A DNA stretch of 64,000 nucleotides. Origin: Ginglymostoma cirratum. Taxonomy: Eukaryota. The stretch spans positions 46,106,456 to 46,170,455 of the forward strand of contig JAHRHZ010000266.1 in NCBI GenBank assembly GCA_024137785.1, read 5' to 3'. The stretch's first letter is position 1. Each line of letters begins with the position of its first letter. The notes under the pieces were generated by a model. It was not told the origin of the DNA. It made no database searches and saw only the letters and a program-made list of their open reading frames with translations. Below, piece after piece: positions 39,256-53,368 of the stretch. The position numbers and the translations under genes were made by a program.

Positions 39256-40569
39256 AGTGATTTCCCCTGCTGCTACATATGCAGGCCTCCTTTGCACCCT
39301 CCTTAATGATCACCGCATGGACCCTCAGGATTGCATTTGACCCAGACCATTGACCGACTTGGACAAACAATCCCAAGGCTGTACTGACCAGACGCCTGAC
39401 CGCTGTCTTTGCAGCTTCTTCACTAATAGTACATGATTCCCCAACTGCTGTTGCTGTCCCACAGGACAGACCATTGAACCCTCCTCAGATAACAATCAGA
39501 CAGATCCCCTGACGATGAGTGTTCCAGGCTGAAGACTGAATGTAGCCAAGCCCCAGGACTGTCTGTGTGCCTGTGCCTCTGACTGATGGTACTAGGACCC
39601 CGCGACTGACAGCAATTCCTTCCCCCACCCCAGACTGGTTTGAAGACTTGAAGATGAGCACCCAGCCAATTTTGATGGATAAACGTGCAGTGTGTTTGCT
39701 GTGCAAGCAGGTGCTAAACTGCTGTATGGGTGTGCAGTGCATTAAAATGTCCCCCCACTCCCAGACAGATCCATACTAACAAGCAGCCTGCCAGTGAGTC
39801 TGCACATAACAGTACATCAATGCAGCATTACTGACAGCCTTTGACTCCGCCTGAAGCACGAATGCGCTGACAGCATGGATGCTGCAAGTGTATAGCTAAG
39901 TTTTAAGTGAGGGAGCACTGAGACAGCACGCAAGCAGCCCTGAGATACAGTCTGGTCCAGTCTGTGAACTGGGTGCACCCCCCTGCAGGCAATGTATGCC
40001 TGCTGCAGCATTTGAACACGAGCTGTCAGTGTGCGCTGCAGTATGGGTCTGTGCTTCATTAGTGGCAATCATGTGGATCAGAGAAGTACCATGATGATCT
40101 TGAGAGTTGTAGGACGCCAATGTCTGTTAATGAAGGGTGAACATGGCTACAGTCCATGGATTGTGTTCTGCGCAAAATAATGGCTCCTCGCAGCCAGCAG
40201 TGAGCTGAAGTCATTCAATTTCTTGCCACAGCGTAGCGTGAAAATCACCTCACCAGTCGGCAAAACTATAAAAGATGCAGCAAGATGCACACAATGTCAA
40301 AACTGGCCTTGCCAGGCTTCTTGTCTGATTCAGCCACAAAGCTCGCCAAAGTCCATGTGGCTCAGAGCCCTATAGGCTCTGCGCAATGCTTTCAGTCTTT
40401 CCAATATTTATATGGAGAAAAATCTCTTTGTCAGGTATGCCTCATGTAAACTGACTCTACAGAAGATACAATCATTACTTTTATCACCCATTGTCCAGGA
40501 AGTAGTTACAAGCTGCTAATCAGAAAGCAGATGTGAGTTTCAAAACACAGCTCATTAAAACAGGAGTTT

Positions 40570-40780
40570 CATAACTTTTGTAGCATAGCTTCTTGTTCCA
40601 GCGTTGAATAAATTTAAAGCAGATTTTTGGTCTCTCAGAGGATCAAGAGAAATGTGTTACAGTCAGTTAAGTTTCATTGAAGTCAAATATCAGCATCAAT
40701 CAAATTAAATGGAGAAGCAAACTCAGCAGACTATACGGTCTATTACTCCTGTCTGCTTGGGTTCTTGTTTCTTTCTATGC
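40570..40780 (+). mobile_element. Degenerate CR1 3' end
   Basis: Similar to 27480-27650 ('gttgaataaatttaaagc', 'ggatcaaga', 'aatggagaagcaaactc'). Confidence 0.55.
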
Positions 40781-41867
40781 TATTAGTTCTTATCAGCAAT
40801 ATTTCCAAATTTGCAAGCGGTGTTTCACGGAAAATTCGCACCTAGCAGAAACTGTGTTGATTCCATTCAATTTTATTTTATATCAAGTTCCATAAGACAA
40901 GTAGACAAGCAAAATTTATCTTCCATCAGTGTGACTGAAATTCAAACGAACTATAGAATGATCACCAGACATTAAAAGACACCATGGCTCTTAGTTTCTG
41001 TGGGCAACTTTGCGTTCTCCTGTCACAAATCTGGTGCATGATCAACAGAACTCCCAGACAAAGGCCTGTTTTTTCAAAGTCTTTTTTTTCCCTTCAGCAG
41101 GCAGCACATATTAATCCTACCGTCTCTGTTCAGGGAGAGGCTCTGCACAAATGCTGGTAAAGTTATCAGCAGGAAGGAGAATCTGTGGTTTGCAGAACAT
41201 CCAGTTCACTCAAACTGTGGTGGGACTTTGCAACAGATAGATTTTGATGCCTGCAATAGACATTCTTTCATTCGTTTTCTGGAGACATCTCTCACTTAAA
41301 TGTGTTAAAAACAGACAAGAATTTATCCACACAACGATCCACAGCAAGGTTTATTTTTATTATGTTATCACACTAGGAAATATTATACCAGGAAAGCAGA
41401 CTACCTGGTTCAAAAAAGTAATCAAGTGAATGAACCTCTGTGGGCTATTAAGCACATTAAAATTAAATGCTATGTCAATTTGAATCTAGTTGCTAGCTGA
41501 AGCTGAGCAAAGTGCCTAATTGATTTAATCCTATGTGGAACCTTCTGTAACCACTGTTAAAACTCCTCATATTACACTGACATTGATACATCTAGTCTAA
41601 GATAGCTTATTCTGTCATTGCCTAATTCCAAATAAAAAAGTGATGTAAGTCAAAGTTCTGACAGTGTAACTCTACTCCTGCCGTATTTTACGCTTTCTTC
41701 ACACACAAGCTGGCATATGTATAATCTAAGTGCATTAGGAGTCAACACTGCAAAAGTTCTGCAAGTTGGAAACTATAAATAAATTAAAATGCCCTTAATG
41801 TCCACCTGCTTTACAACATTTAATCAGCTCTGCCGAGAGCATCTAGATTTTAGTTTCTACTTTCATA

Positions 41868-43275
41868 CATTCCAGCAAGAGTATTGAAATCATGCGCTCC
41901 AGCACTTACCACTCCCCTAGCCAATCTGTTCCAGTACAGTTCCACGAATGCATTTACCTGACAATGTGGAAAATTTCCCACCTATGCCCTGTACATAAAA
42001 AGCTGGACAATTCCAACCCGGCCAATTACTGGGCCATCAGTCTACTCTCAAATATCAATAAAGAGATGGAAGGTGTCATCAACAGTGATATCAAGCAGCA
42101 CCTGCTCAGCAATAACTCGCTCAGTGATGCCCAGTTTGGGTTCCTCCAGGGTCACTCAGCTCCTGGCCTCATTACAGCCTTGGTTCAAATCTGGACAAAA
42201 GAGCTGAATTCCAGAGGTGAGGTGAGATTGACATCCCTTGACATCAAGGCTGCATCCGACCGAGTGTGGCATCAAGGAGCCCTAGCAAAACTGGAATCAA
42301 TGGGTATTGGGGGAAAACTCTCTCATGGGTAGAGTCACACATGGCACATAGGAAGATGGTTGTAGTTGTTAGAGGTCAGTCATCTCAGCTCCAGCACATC
42401 TTTGCAGGAGTTCCTCAGGGTAGCGTCCTAGGCCCAACCATCTTCAGCTGCTTCATCAATGACCTTTCCTCCATCATAAGGTCAGAAGTGGGTACATTCG
42501 CCAATGATTGTCCAATGTTTGGCTCTGTTCGTGACTCCTCAGATCCTGAAGCAGTCCATGTGAGCATCACCAATAAGAGACAATCTAAGCACCGTCCCTT
42601 GGCTTGCAATGATGTTACCTTCACTGAATCCCCAACTATCAGCATCCTGGGGGTTATCACTGATCAGAAACTCAACTGGATTCACTACATAAACACAGTG
42701 GCTACAAGAGCAGGTCAGAGGCTAGGAATACTGCGGCGAGTAACTCGCCTCCTGACTGCTCAAAGCCTGTCCACCATCTACTAGGCACAAGTCAGGAGTG
42801 TGATGGAATACTCCCCACTTGCCTGGATGAGTGCAGCCCCAACAACACTCAAGAAGCTTGACACAAACCAAGACAAAGCAGCCTGCTTGATTGGCACTAC
42901 ATCTACAAGGATCCATTCCCTCCAGCACTGATGGTCAGTAGCAGATGCTCAGGACCAAGATCCTCAGACAGCACCTTCCAAACCCACAACCACTTCCACC
43001 TAGAAGGACAATGGCTGCAGATATGTGGGAACACCACTACCATCAAGCCTCCAAGCCACTCATCATCCTGACTTAGAAATATATTGCCTCTCCTTCACTG
43101 TCACTAGGTTTAAATCCTGGAGTTTCTCCCTAATGCCATTGTAGGTCAACCTACAGCTGGTGGACTGCAGCGGTTCAAGAGGCAGCTCAACCAGCACCTT
43201 TTCAAGGGCATCTAGGGATGAGCAATAAATGCTGGCCAGCCAGCAATGCCCACATCCCAGAAAATGAATAAAAAC
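41868..43275 (+). mobile_element. 5'-truncated CR1-group LINE (family B): RT domain and 3' UTR
   Basis: Peptides CPVHKK..NPANYWAISLLS..QFGF..LDIKAASDRVWH..GVPQGSVLGPTIFSCFINDL..FANDC..LGVITDQKLNW; contains a frameshift and stops; tail 'aatgaataaaa'. Confidence 0.95.
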
Positions 43276-43280
43276 AAAAG

Positions 43281-44415
43281 AAATGTGGTCTACCACAGAG
43301 TTTAGCAAGGCTTTTGACAAGGTCACTCATGGCAAATTGATCAAGAAAGACAGAGCCAATGGAATCCAAGGCACTGTGGCACAATGTATCCAATATTAGC
43401 TGAGAGTCAGCAAGCAGAGAGATGTTTATATGTCTGGAGTCTGTTTCAATTGGGGTGCGGCAGAGCTCAATGATAGGGCCTTGCTATTAGTGGTGTAGAT
43501 AAATGATTTGACAAAGTGGGGCATGATCAAGAAGTCCATGGATCACCAAAAATTGGTAGCATGGTAGACAACAAGGAGGACAGACAAATGCAAGGGGATA
43601 TCAATTGGCTGGTCAATTGGGTAAAGCAGAGGCAAAATGAATCCAAATTCATAAAAATGTGAGGCAATGTATTTGGAGAAAGCTAACAAGGCAAGGACTG
43701 CTGGAAGTACTGAAGGTAAGAGGGTCCGTAGTGGGCATATCCACAGATCCCTGAAGGTAGTAGGGCAGGTAGATAAGTTTGTTAAGAGGATATACGGTAT
43801 ACTTGCATTATTAGCCAAGACACAGAGTGCAAGAGTAGGGAGATTATGCAACTAGGCCACAACTGGAATATGGAATGCAGTTCTGGTTGCCATATTGTAG
43901 GCAGAATGTGACTGTGCTAGGGAAGGTGCTGGAGAGATTTACCAGGATGCTGCCAGTGTTTGGCGCAGTCTAAGCTATGAGGAATCATTGGGTAGACTTG
44001 GGTATTTTCCCTGGAGCAGCAAAGCTTGACTAGAGGGGACCTGATGGAGAGCTACAAGATCTACAATGGTCAAAGATAAGACGGATAGGAAGGCACTTTT
44101 TCCATTAGCAGAGGGGTCAATAACCAGGGGACATGGATTGAAGTTAAGAGGTAAAAGGCCAAGAAGAATGTTAAGGAGAAATTATTTCACTCAGAAGGTG
44201 GTGAGAATCTGGAACTCACTGCCTGAAAGAGTGGTTCAGTCAGAAATTTTCATAACATTACAACAGTGTTTAGATATTGACTTCTGTTGCCACAGAGACT
44301 TCACAGTTGTGGGTCAGGAGCTGAAAAATGGGATTAGTATACCATAGATCTTTGTTGATCAGCGCAGTCATGATGGGCCAAATTGCCTCATCCTGTGCTG
44401 TAAATGTCTTTGAGT
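43281..44415 (+). mobile_element. CR1/HER1-type LINE 3' part (RT to tail)
   Basis: 'tttagcaaggcttttgacaaggtc' (FSKAFDKV), RPQLEY..QFW, and peptide TRGHGLKL..LRRNYFTQKVVRIWNSLPERVV. Confidence 0.85.
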
Positions 44416-44469
44416 CAATGAGCCATGGTGATTCTTACTTGGGGACAGTCCCAAAGGTACGGACAGCTT

Positions 44470-44740
44470 CTCATACCTCACTCAGTTTGGTTGAATTTAG
44501 AGTGCTAATGTTGGTGTACTACTGGGCCATATTAAATCACAGTCATGCCAGATTGCGTCTTCATCTGAAAGTAACTTGCACGGAGTGTTACCTGGATAAA
44601 AATATCAAAGCAGAAATAGCTGATGTTTCACCACTCTCAAGTCCAAAGGCAATAAAACTGATTATCATGCCTCTACTGCCATATTAGTCCAGATCTATTG
44701 GTTCAACTCAATTCAAGTCTGGGATCTTCCTGATCAATAA
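44470..44740 (-). mobile_element. Ancient tRNA-derived SINE relic, family uncertain
   Basis: Reverse complement begins 'gatcaggaagatcccagacttgaatt' (B-box-like) followed by 'ggcagtagaggcatgataatc', resembling an old vertebrate SINE body from memory. Confidence 0.35.
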
Positions 44741-47700
44741 ATGAGGTATCAACCAGGTCATGAGTGGTTTTCATATGATTGAATCCTCTGCCAAAAATTA
44801 CCAATATATATAGCCAAGTGAACTCATTCAACATGTACGCCATAGTGACATTTTGATTCAATCTCCATTGCTTGTGAACTGTTTAAATTCAAGTGGAAAA
44901 TCAACTGATGATCTTCACTGATTTAGAAACATAAAACATAAGATCACTAACTCATAGTAATTGGCAAATTTCATCTACATAACCATTATTGTTGACTATA
45001 ATTGCTTTCCATCACTGTTCATACTTAAAATAATTTCTACCATAATGTAACAGTTCACTATCTACTTGACATAATTAAAAGACTGCTATTAATTGATGCT
45101 TTTTATAGCTACTCAATTATGAAAGTGCAGCTAGCAAACGTCAACCTTTATGTGGCATTTGTAATTCTTTACTGCAGTTTTTGCCACTATAGAATAGGCA
45201 AGATATTTCAATAAAAAAAGGGAAATACCTGAAATTAAGTTAGAGTCTTGGTGGTTTGCTTTTGCTCACCTTCAATTTACACCATGACACGCACAAAGGT
45301 AATTAAACTTGGGCACAATTTTAACAATGACACACTTATCTTGACCATGGGAACCAGAAATATGTACCACCTCACTGCCTCTTTTGTCCTGCTTGTCATC
45401 AACTGCAATTAAAATTTAAAGTGTTTGTAACATTCAGTTCTGTGATGGGAGAAGCTGCTCAGTGGGGAACCTCCCAACACCTGACAACATTGCATCTAAG
45501 AGTGAGCTAGAAAAGCATCTCTTGTTCAAACAGCTAGGCCCTGCAACATGGTCCAAATTTTCTTGCTCAACTCCATTGGAGTTAACATAAGGCTTATTGA
45601 GTGTACAAAGGCAGCACATGTGCATTTTCAAATTTAACTTGAAAAAATTACATGGATTTCACTTTATTCACACATGCATCACTGTTATTTGTTGAAACTA
45701 ACTTAATCAGAGATCTAATTGTACTGGCATGCCTTATAGTTGGTGGGCATTAATGACTATGGGAGAATTAGGGATATTTCCTTTATTGGGGAAGAAACAA
45801 TGTGTTTCTTTTTATTAACAGTTTATTGAACATTTATAATAGTGTCCAGTGTTGTACTTGCTACTCTGTACGATATGCTTGAACTTGTAAGTTCAACAGG
45901 TCTCCCTTCTATACATTGTAAAGGAGTTTGTCTATTATCACTGTCAGCTAGGATAATTGAAACATTCTAGGTGAATGGAAAATCCTTGAAGGACTCTGTC
46001 AGCCAACAGCCACATATGGACAGTGCTGAATACCAACCATCCTTTGGGCACCTCAGTCTCTTATCATGTGTAAAGAACACAGCTTTATAGTTTGGACTTT
46101 GGACTGAAATGGGAAAAATAGATACTGCTTTAAAAATGGGAAGTAAGTGTGCAAAGTTTGATTCCAACATGTGGAAACAAGTGAATTTAAGTGATGCATA
46201 TGAGACAATGTTACTTTTTATGGCACACTATATCCAGGAAAACTGGTACCATCTGTTGTGGGTGAAAGGGAGCTCAACATAGTAACAGCTTTCTGATTGT
46301 TATGGGTATAGCTTAAAACAGATCCTGTGATTGAAATGCAGACAGAAACTTCCATGAGCTGCAGCAACATTTCCCTGTCCCTGTCTTAGCTGAGTGCTCT
46401 CACTCCCTGTCAAAAGAGCAGGAGAAACGACATTCAGAGGCATTGAAGAAAGAATTATAAAATATAAAGGAAAAGGAAAAACCCTGGGTCCATCTAATCT
46501 ACCACTGAAGTAAAACTGCCCATCGCTTTGCAGACAACATTGTTCCATTATTGATAAGAAGCGAGAGGATATTGACGTCATCTTATTCTACTTTTGGGGT
46601 CTGGACTTGTGATACAGAACAGCTTTTTTCACCAACCATATTTTCTTCTCTGAAACCATAGAGATTTATGTCAAAGTGTCTGTCATTTTTGTTATTCATG
46701 AATAAGTAGGCAACGAGGTAAACGCGGTATAGATTAAATTTAGTAGTAGTAATTTAGTAATTAATCATTTGCCTTCCTTATTATTTTGTCAAACATAACT
46801 ATAAAATTAAAGATACTTTTCTTGTTCATGACAAAACCTGGTCTGTATTAGTTTTGGGCTTTAACTTGCAGTCAGTCAGGTAAATTGATTATGGCGGTTT
46901 AACTAGATTCACGCACATCTGTCACAGTTCGTGGAATAGCGGGGCTCGATTATCAGCACGCTCTTCCCATTTGAATTTTGACACTGACTGACTGCTCCAA
47001 TGCCACATCCCCATCATCCTCTGGATGCCAAGTCTTTCCTACTTCATCTTATACCCTTCCCACATCTTCTATCCTCCCCAGGATCCTTCCTGTGCTCCAT
47101 TATATGGACACCAACCTTTTAATTTCAACCAGCCCATCTCACCTCAAATAACCTGACTCACCCTTTACAGTTCTGAGCATTTGTGCAAACTGCTATTCTC
47201 CTGCTCTGCACCTATTTCCTGCAGAGTTCAACAAGGGAAACCACTAACCTTAAACACTACTGTACAAAGCAGGGTTGGCGTACTTGAATTGTGTACCATA
47301 AAATCGTTTGCATTGTTGCCTTTATCTTGAAATTGAGGACATTTGTGTCCATTGCACACAAATGTTTTACAAGGATGAGCCCTCAACTGGCCTGTCTGAG
47401 GCCCAATATGCCATGAACATGCCAGTAACTTAATCTCTGCATCCCACCTGAATTAAGTGACCCTACTTGCCACATGTCCCACTCTTCTGGGTTTTTATAA
47501 ATCTGTGCCATTTTACGGGAACAATTGTGATATCGGCTTCCTCAAAGTGAGAAAGTTGTTCTCATCGATCAATGAAAGCTAATAGACTTTGTTTATTTTG
47601 CTGGAACTGCATGCACATTAATACCAAACATATGGCATGTCCTTACACATTAATGCAAGCAGAAGATAAGCAGAATGTAAAGGATTACAGTAACATTGGC

Positions 47701-50014
47701 TCACTGACCCATTCCGTAGCAAATTAACATAGAAACAGATGCTGGGCAGATGCATTAATAACACCCCAGGCTACTGTTTTCCCTTGGCATCCTCCTTGTT
47801 GTAAACAGCTCCACACACAACAACAAATTGCTTTATCGTACAAGTTAACCTTTTCTTTCCATAAACCCTAGCAATAGAAACTTATCCTACTCTGTTAGAT
47901 ATTCTTTCTTAATAAACCTTTCCTCTCAATTATTAATACTCAAGCATGACTGCTATGACACATCAATAAAGAGTGAAAATGAGAGGCACAGTTAGTTACA
48001 ATTCTCAACTTTTATCTCTCAAAATGATCTTGCCGGTGAGATGAAAAGCTCTTGGCTCTGCCAGCTGCAAAGGATGAACATGAGTTTAGACAGTCTTAAT
48101 TAAATCAACAGTGGTTGCAGTCCCATTGCTCAATGATATTCCCAAAGTGGCATGAAAGTGAGATAACCTCACACAGTCAGGATGTAAGATCATATTTCCC
48201 TACCCAGTGTTAAGGCAGATGAACCAGAACATGGCCCATCTTCCACATACATCAAGCAAAATGGGCTGACAGCACTGGATTTTCACATCAACATTCATTT
48301 AACATGCAAGTCAAGGTTCTACGCTGAATGAGGTTTGCAGGCAAAACCCTGACAAAGACGACAGGATTATGGTAAAGTCAGCACCTAGAATTAAAGGGAT
48401 ACATTCAAATTCAAACCAGTCATACTGCAGACAAAACTACTTTTCAGCTTAAAACCTGAATGGGATGTAAGATGTATTGGGCAGGAGCTAGTGGAGAAAA
48501 AATACAGTGGAAGGAAACAGGAAGTAGATAAATGTCTAAATCACTTTCTTGATAGCTGGCAAAATCAAAGTGTTGCTGCAAGAGGCAGGTACAAGAAGGG
48601 TTATCTTGTTAACCCCTCAAAAGTAATCTCCCCAAAGAACAACTGGACAAAATGCCAATTAGGAGGCGACTAATAAGTTCACTAAAGTGTGACCCTATCA
48701 CATGACGCAGGAAAAGATGCACAAGGAACACCTGAACGAAGTTGCCATGCTAAGTCAATGCAATAGATGAATACCAACTAAAGGCAGAGTAAGCTCAAAG
48801 GCTGAGTTGCTTTCCCCTTTGTATGATTTAACAGAAGGTCATTCCAGTTTATATGCCACAGTAAAGTATTGCAGTCAACCTGGTAGCAAGTACTAGTGGG
48901 ACTCTCAAGTCCTCCTTAATCAGCTCTTTCATTACTAATTACTTGAGTTAACTTTGCACTGCTGAAGGTGCAGTCATATACTGGCACCCATAGCTGAAGT
49001 GAAAGTTGGACACATTGTTATTGTTGTGTGCTTCTTCCAGGTGACACGTCAAATCTATTACTTGGTTTACATAATGACAAGATGATACATAAAAGAAAGG
49101 AACAGACCTAACCTGAAAGATGATGAGATAATAACAGCTTTTATTAGAAGGAGTTAGACTTGAAAGCCTTCCCCAAGGTAAAGACTAGGATCATGCTACG
49201 CTTACATCTTAAAATCAGTTCTAATTGACTCCAACAAAGACATAAGCACAACCACACAAAAGTCACACAGACAGCCTTGCAATACAAATGCAATTTGAGG
49301 ATTTTATGTTGAGCCAGCAGTCTAACATTTGTTTTGTCCTAACAAATCAGAAGGAACTGATTTTACACATTTTGACAAAACAAACTGGAGGATGACCTAG
49401 ATACGGGACACTGGAAGTCAGCACTATTCCATGTAAAAGTTAGTGTTTTATCGGTCACCTATGAATTTGTCCATATCATTTAGGATAATTAAGCTGTCAG
49501 GTACCTCAGGTTTTAGAATCTTCAATTAGCTTTGAGTTTTTCTTTTAAAGGAGAATTACCGGGATGGTCTCCAAATTAAAAATATCACAATAGTGAATTA
49601 AACTATTTTATTGGATAGTAAAACATTCTTTATTTCTTGGAGTTAAAAATCTCAAGCTTAGCACATGTGATGGCAAAAGATGGCAAAGCTAAATGGTAAC
49701 ACTCATGACGTTCAGATTGACACTGGAAAAGAAAAGGTGAAAACAGATGCAAACTCCACAGGTACTTTGACACAGGATAAGATAAAGTGCACATGTCTCA
49801 CAAGGAAGACAATCATTTACACTGTTGTTGTATGTCACAGTTATTACTATAAACATTAACATCTTTGCTCTGATCTCCTCTATTGCATAAATTTCTCACT
49901 ACGCATGGACAATACATTAAATTTTACTATAGGACTGAATGTTTGTACAACAATTACAGACCCACAACTGGGCTACAGAAGATAGAGGTGTATGTAGTGT
50001 TTCCTTTAAAAAAT

Positions 50015-50200
50015 GCTTTATTCTCAGGACGTAGGCACTGCCAATGAAGCTACATTATTGTTCCACTTCAGACAACTTCAGAAAACAATCATGTAGTGTG
50101 GGAGTGGAGTCACAAGAAGGTCAAACCAGACAGGACCAAAGTTTCTTTTCCTGTAGGACATTAGTAAACAAGTTTCTGTCTTTATTTATTTCTTACACAA
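50015..50200 (-). mobile_element. Degenerate family-B SINE 3' half
   Basis: 'ggagtcaca...accagacaggacc...ggacattagtaaacaag' is the reverse complement of 50455-50545. Confidence 0.6.
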
Positions 50201-50288
50201 ACCTGTCATTACTGGGATTATTAAATTAAATTGTAAAACTTGACACAAAACAATAATAGCTGTACTACGTACCCAGATCCTTCATGTA

Positions 50289-50635
50289 TGGGGGAGGCGA
50301 TGGCCTCATGGTGTTATCAGACTGTTAATCCAGAGACCCAGATGGGGAGTGGGTTCAAATCCTGCCTTGGCAGATGGTGGAATTTGAATTCAATAAATAT
50401 CTGGGATTCAGAATCCAATGATAACCGTGAATTTGTTGTCGATTGTCAGGAAAATCTATCTGTTTCACTAATGTCCTTTAGGGAAGGAAACTGCCATCCT
50501 TTCCTGGTCTGGCCTACAGGTGACTCTAGACCCATAGCATTGCGGTTGACTCTGAAGTGCCCTCTGGGCAATTAGGGATGGGCAATAAATGCTGCCTAGC
50601 CAGTGACACCCTCATTCCATAAATGAATAAAGAAA
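50289..50635 (+). mobile_element. Full-length tRNA-head SINE sharing the 3' tail of family-B LINE
   Basis: A-box 'tggcctcatgg', B-box 'ggttcaaatcc'; the last 65 bp or so align with 43206-43272. Confidence 0.85.
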
Positions 50636-53317
50636 AACAACATAATTGAGCCACCAAATCTCACTTGTTGAGTCGAAGTGAATCAGATGCCAATCAAGTT
50701 TTCCTTAACCCTCCTGCTCCTCCTCTAAAAGGCTGATGACAGGCACAGAAAGGGAAGTTTTTTTTTGTTTCTATCCTCTTGCTGGTTATAGTGAAAGTAC
50801 TCAGCCCTTTCATAACAAATCTCTGAGTTTAACTTCCAGCCAACATCCAAGCATGTGAGGTATATGAACAAAACCTCAAAGTTATATTTGATTGGCCTGC
50901 CAATTATGGTCCTCAACTTTCACCAACCTAAATGTGCCATAAATTCTTTGCCAACAATTTAGACCTGTCGAAACTGTGATCATCCAATTACCATAGGCAA
51001 ACTTTTTAGACTATGTCACTTATCAGCAAGATTGCCAATAACAAAAAGCATCCAAACCCAGAAACTGAGTATTTATTTTTTCATTACCAATAATCAGATT
51101 GAAACAGCATGACAATTTAATGAGAAGTAAATGGTAGTATTTACAATGACAAAGGCCACGTCAACAGCTGGAATGAGCCATTGCCTGGAGCACCAACTTA
51201 TTCACCTAGTGGCCAAAAAAATAAATTGAATTTCATCCTGTCAAACAAAGAGCTTTATTTTATTCTGCAATTTGGAACTACATCAAAGCTCTCGTTTTGC
51301 ATTTTAAAAATATTCTCTGCCTTTAAAGTTGAGATTGCTCTCCGAGACAAACATAGCTGCCAACACCTAAAATCAATAATATTGTCGAATTTAAAATGAG
51401 TAGCAAAATGACAGAAATTATGAAATTAACAGCCTTGAAAATTGCACTTCACAACTATTTCAATTATTGATTTCCACGATAAATCTGCACAAAAGAATGC
51501 TCTGTATCTTGATTCTCTGTGTTGGAATTGCATTACTTATCCCTTGACTGATAACAAAAAACACCAGCTAGAAAAGAACACATCAGATAGTATTGCCAAG
51601 CTATATTGACAGTGGAGAAGAAGGGATGGACAAAGCAGAGTTAACAGAAAGTAATTGAGGGTCTGGGATTGGTTTGAGAGCAAAGAACACAATTTATATT
51701 CTGAGAATAGAGGTCTGGAAAAGAGTTCCAAGTTGAATAAATGGGAGAAATGGAACTACTTCAACATGAACTAGGAGAGTGGAAGAAAGATTCTAATTTA
51801 AAATAAAACTTTGGAACAGGAGAAGGCAGATTTTTAGGCTGAAATGTATGTAAATATACAACTAAGATTAAAATGGCCAGTTGCGATGATGACATACATG
51901 GATGCAAAGTACGTCCATGAGTATCCTAAGCTTCAGATGGTACTTAAGGGCCAAGATTACGTAACTGCGTCAAAAAGACAACGTTCACACATTGAAACTA
52001 CTTACACTTTAAGTTACAAGCAAAGAGGCTGAAACTTCGCCACATATCTCACCACACAGAAAAGCAAAGACTTTCCCTTGTCAGACAATCGTTTTTGATA
52101 GATTGATATCTTTACATAAGTAATTGCAAGCAAAGATTAAATGGGACCAGGTGAGCTATTTTTAAACACAGTAGCAGGGAATGATGTTACTATTTGTCAT
52201 GACCTGACTTTATGATTCAGAATAATTGGAAGTTTTTCAGCTGTCCTAACATTACAATATTTTGAAGTCCTTGCTAAGGGGATCAAGGAAAAGGATGGGA
52301 ATATCCACTATGTATTTTTCTTTTCTGCTTTCCTCATTTTTTAAATGAATTTTGTGCCATTCAATGCAACAGCTATTAAAACCAATACAAATTTTTTTCA
52401 ATGCAAATTTTCTTTAAAATCAGATTGTGACTTTAATTCATCATATCTCAGATTAAAATGGTTAGTAGTGAGTCAGGTTGTTGAGTTGACCATAATTTAA
52501 AAGGTCAGTCAATAGGAAGAATGAGAAGTATTATTGCAAGTCATTGACTGTTATTGATATCACACTTAGTTCTTTTAAGATTTATTTCCATTTATATCTT
52601 GATAGTTTCTCAAATATTGACTTTAATCCCTCTGACTTGCTTATGTGTGCTTTATGCATTCCAATACATTCCCAACTGCCACTACTCCAGTCTCAGAATC
52701 AGAACGTGAGTCCTGACGAAGTTGTGTGATTAAATCTTAAAAGGTTCTTGTTTATTTTAGAAATTGTGAAAGTTATGACAAGAAATTCCAAAATTCAAAA
52801 CATTATTCACATATAGCTTATTTTGGTAAACGCACCTTAAACATAAAAATTTCAGATCTGGGTATATTTTAAATCTAGATTTCTGTATTATAAACTGCTG
52901 AAGTTTTGACCCAAAATAATTTCACATTCAACCTTAATCCTGAAGGTTTCTTTACAAATTTTCCCCACAAAAATGTTTTTGATGACTAGGAGCACCATGT
53001 CTTAAATTGAAACATGTAAAGGGAAATATGTAAATCAAAGTTTCTTCAAGGTGAATTGGACCTTTTCCCTTTTCTCTAAGTATCACTGGGATATAAAGAC
53101 TCAATAAAGGCTCACGGTACAACAAACTACATCAAAACATGTGGCAAACTGGGGTGGGTAATCACAAAGCATTACAGCACAGTAGACAACAGACAACAAA
53201 CTATATTTGAAACTGCTGATTTAAGCTCAGTTGAAATTGGAAACCCTCCAGGGGACATGTAAAGGTGTACTGCTATCTCTTTAGCACATTAATTACCTCC
53301 CTAAGGTAGATACTTAC

Positions 53318-53368
53318 TCCAGAATCTTTTGATAGTCCAATAACTCCTTGTGTATGAGTGAACTGAAA
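53318..53368 (-). other. Candidate 51-nt exon, unidentified gene
   Basis: Minus strand attttcttctgtAG|...GGA|GTAAGTA; all three frames are open, e.g. xFSSLIHKELLDYQKIL. Confidence 0.25.

Noticed and set aside
50734-50755. CTGATGA...GAAA hammerhead-like spacing
   Set aside because: No stem II pairing and no NUH cleavage context.
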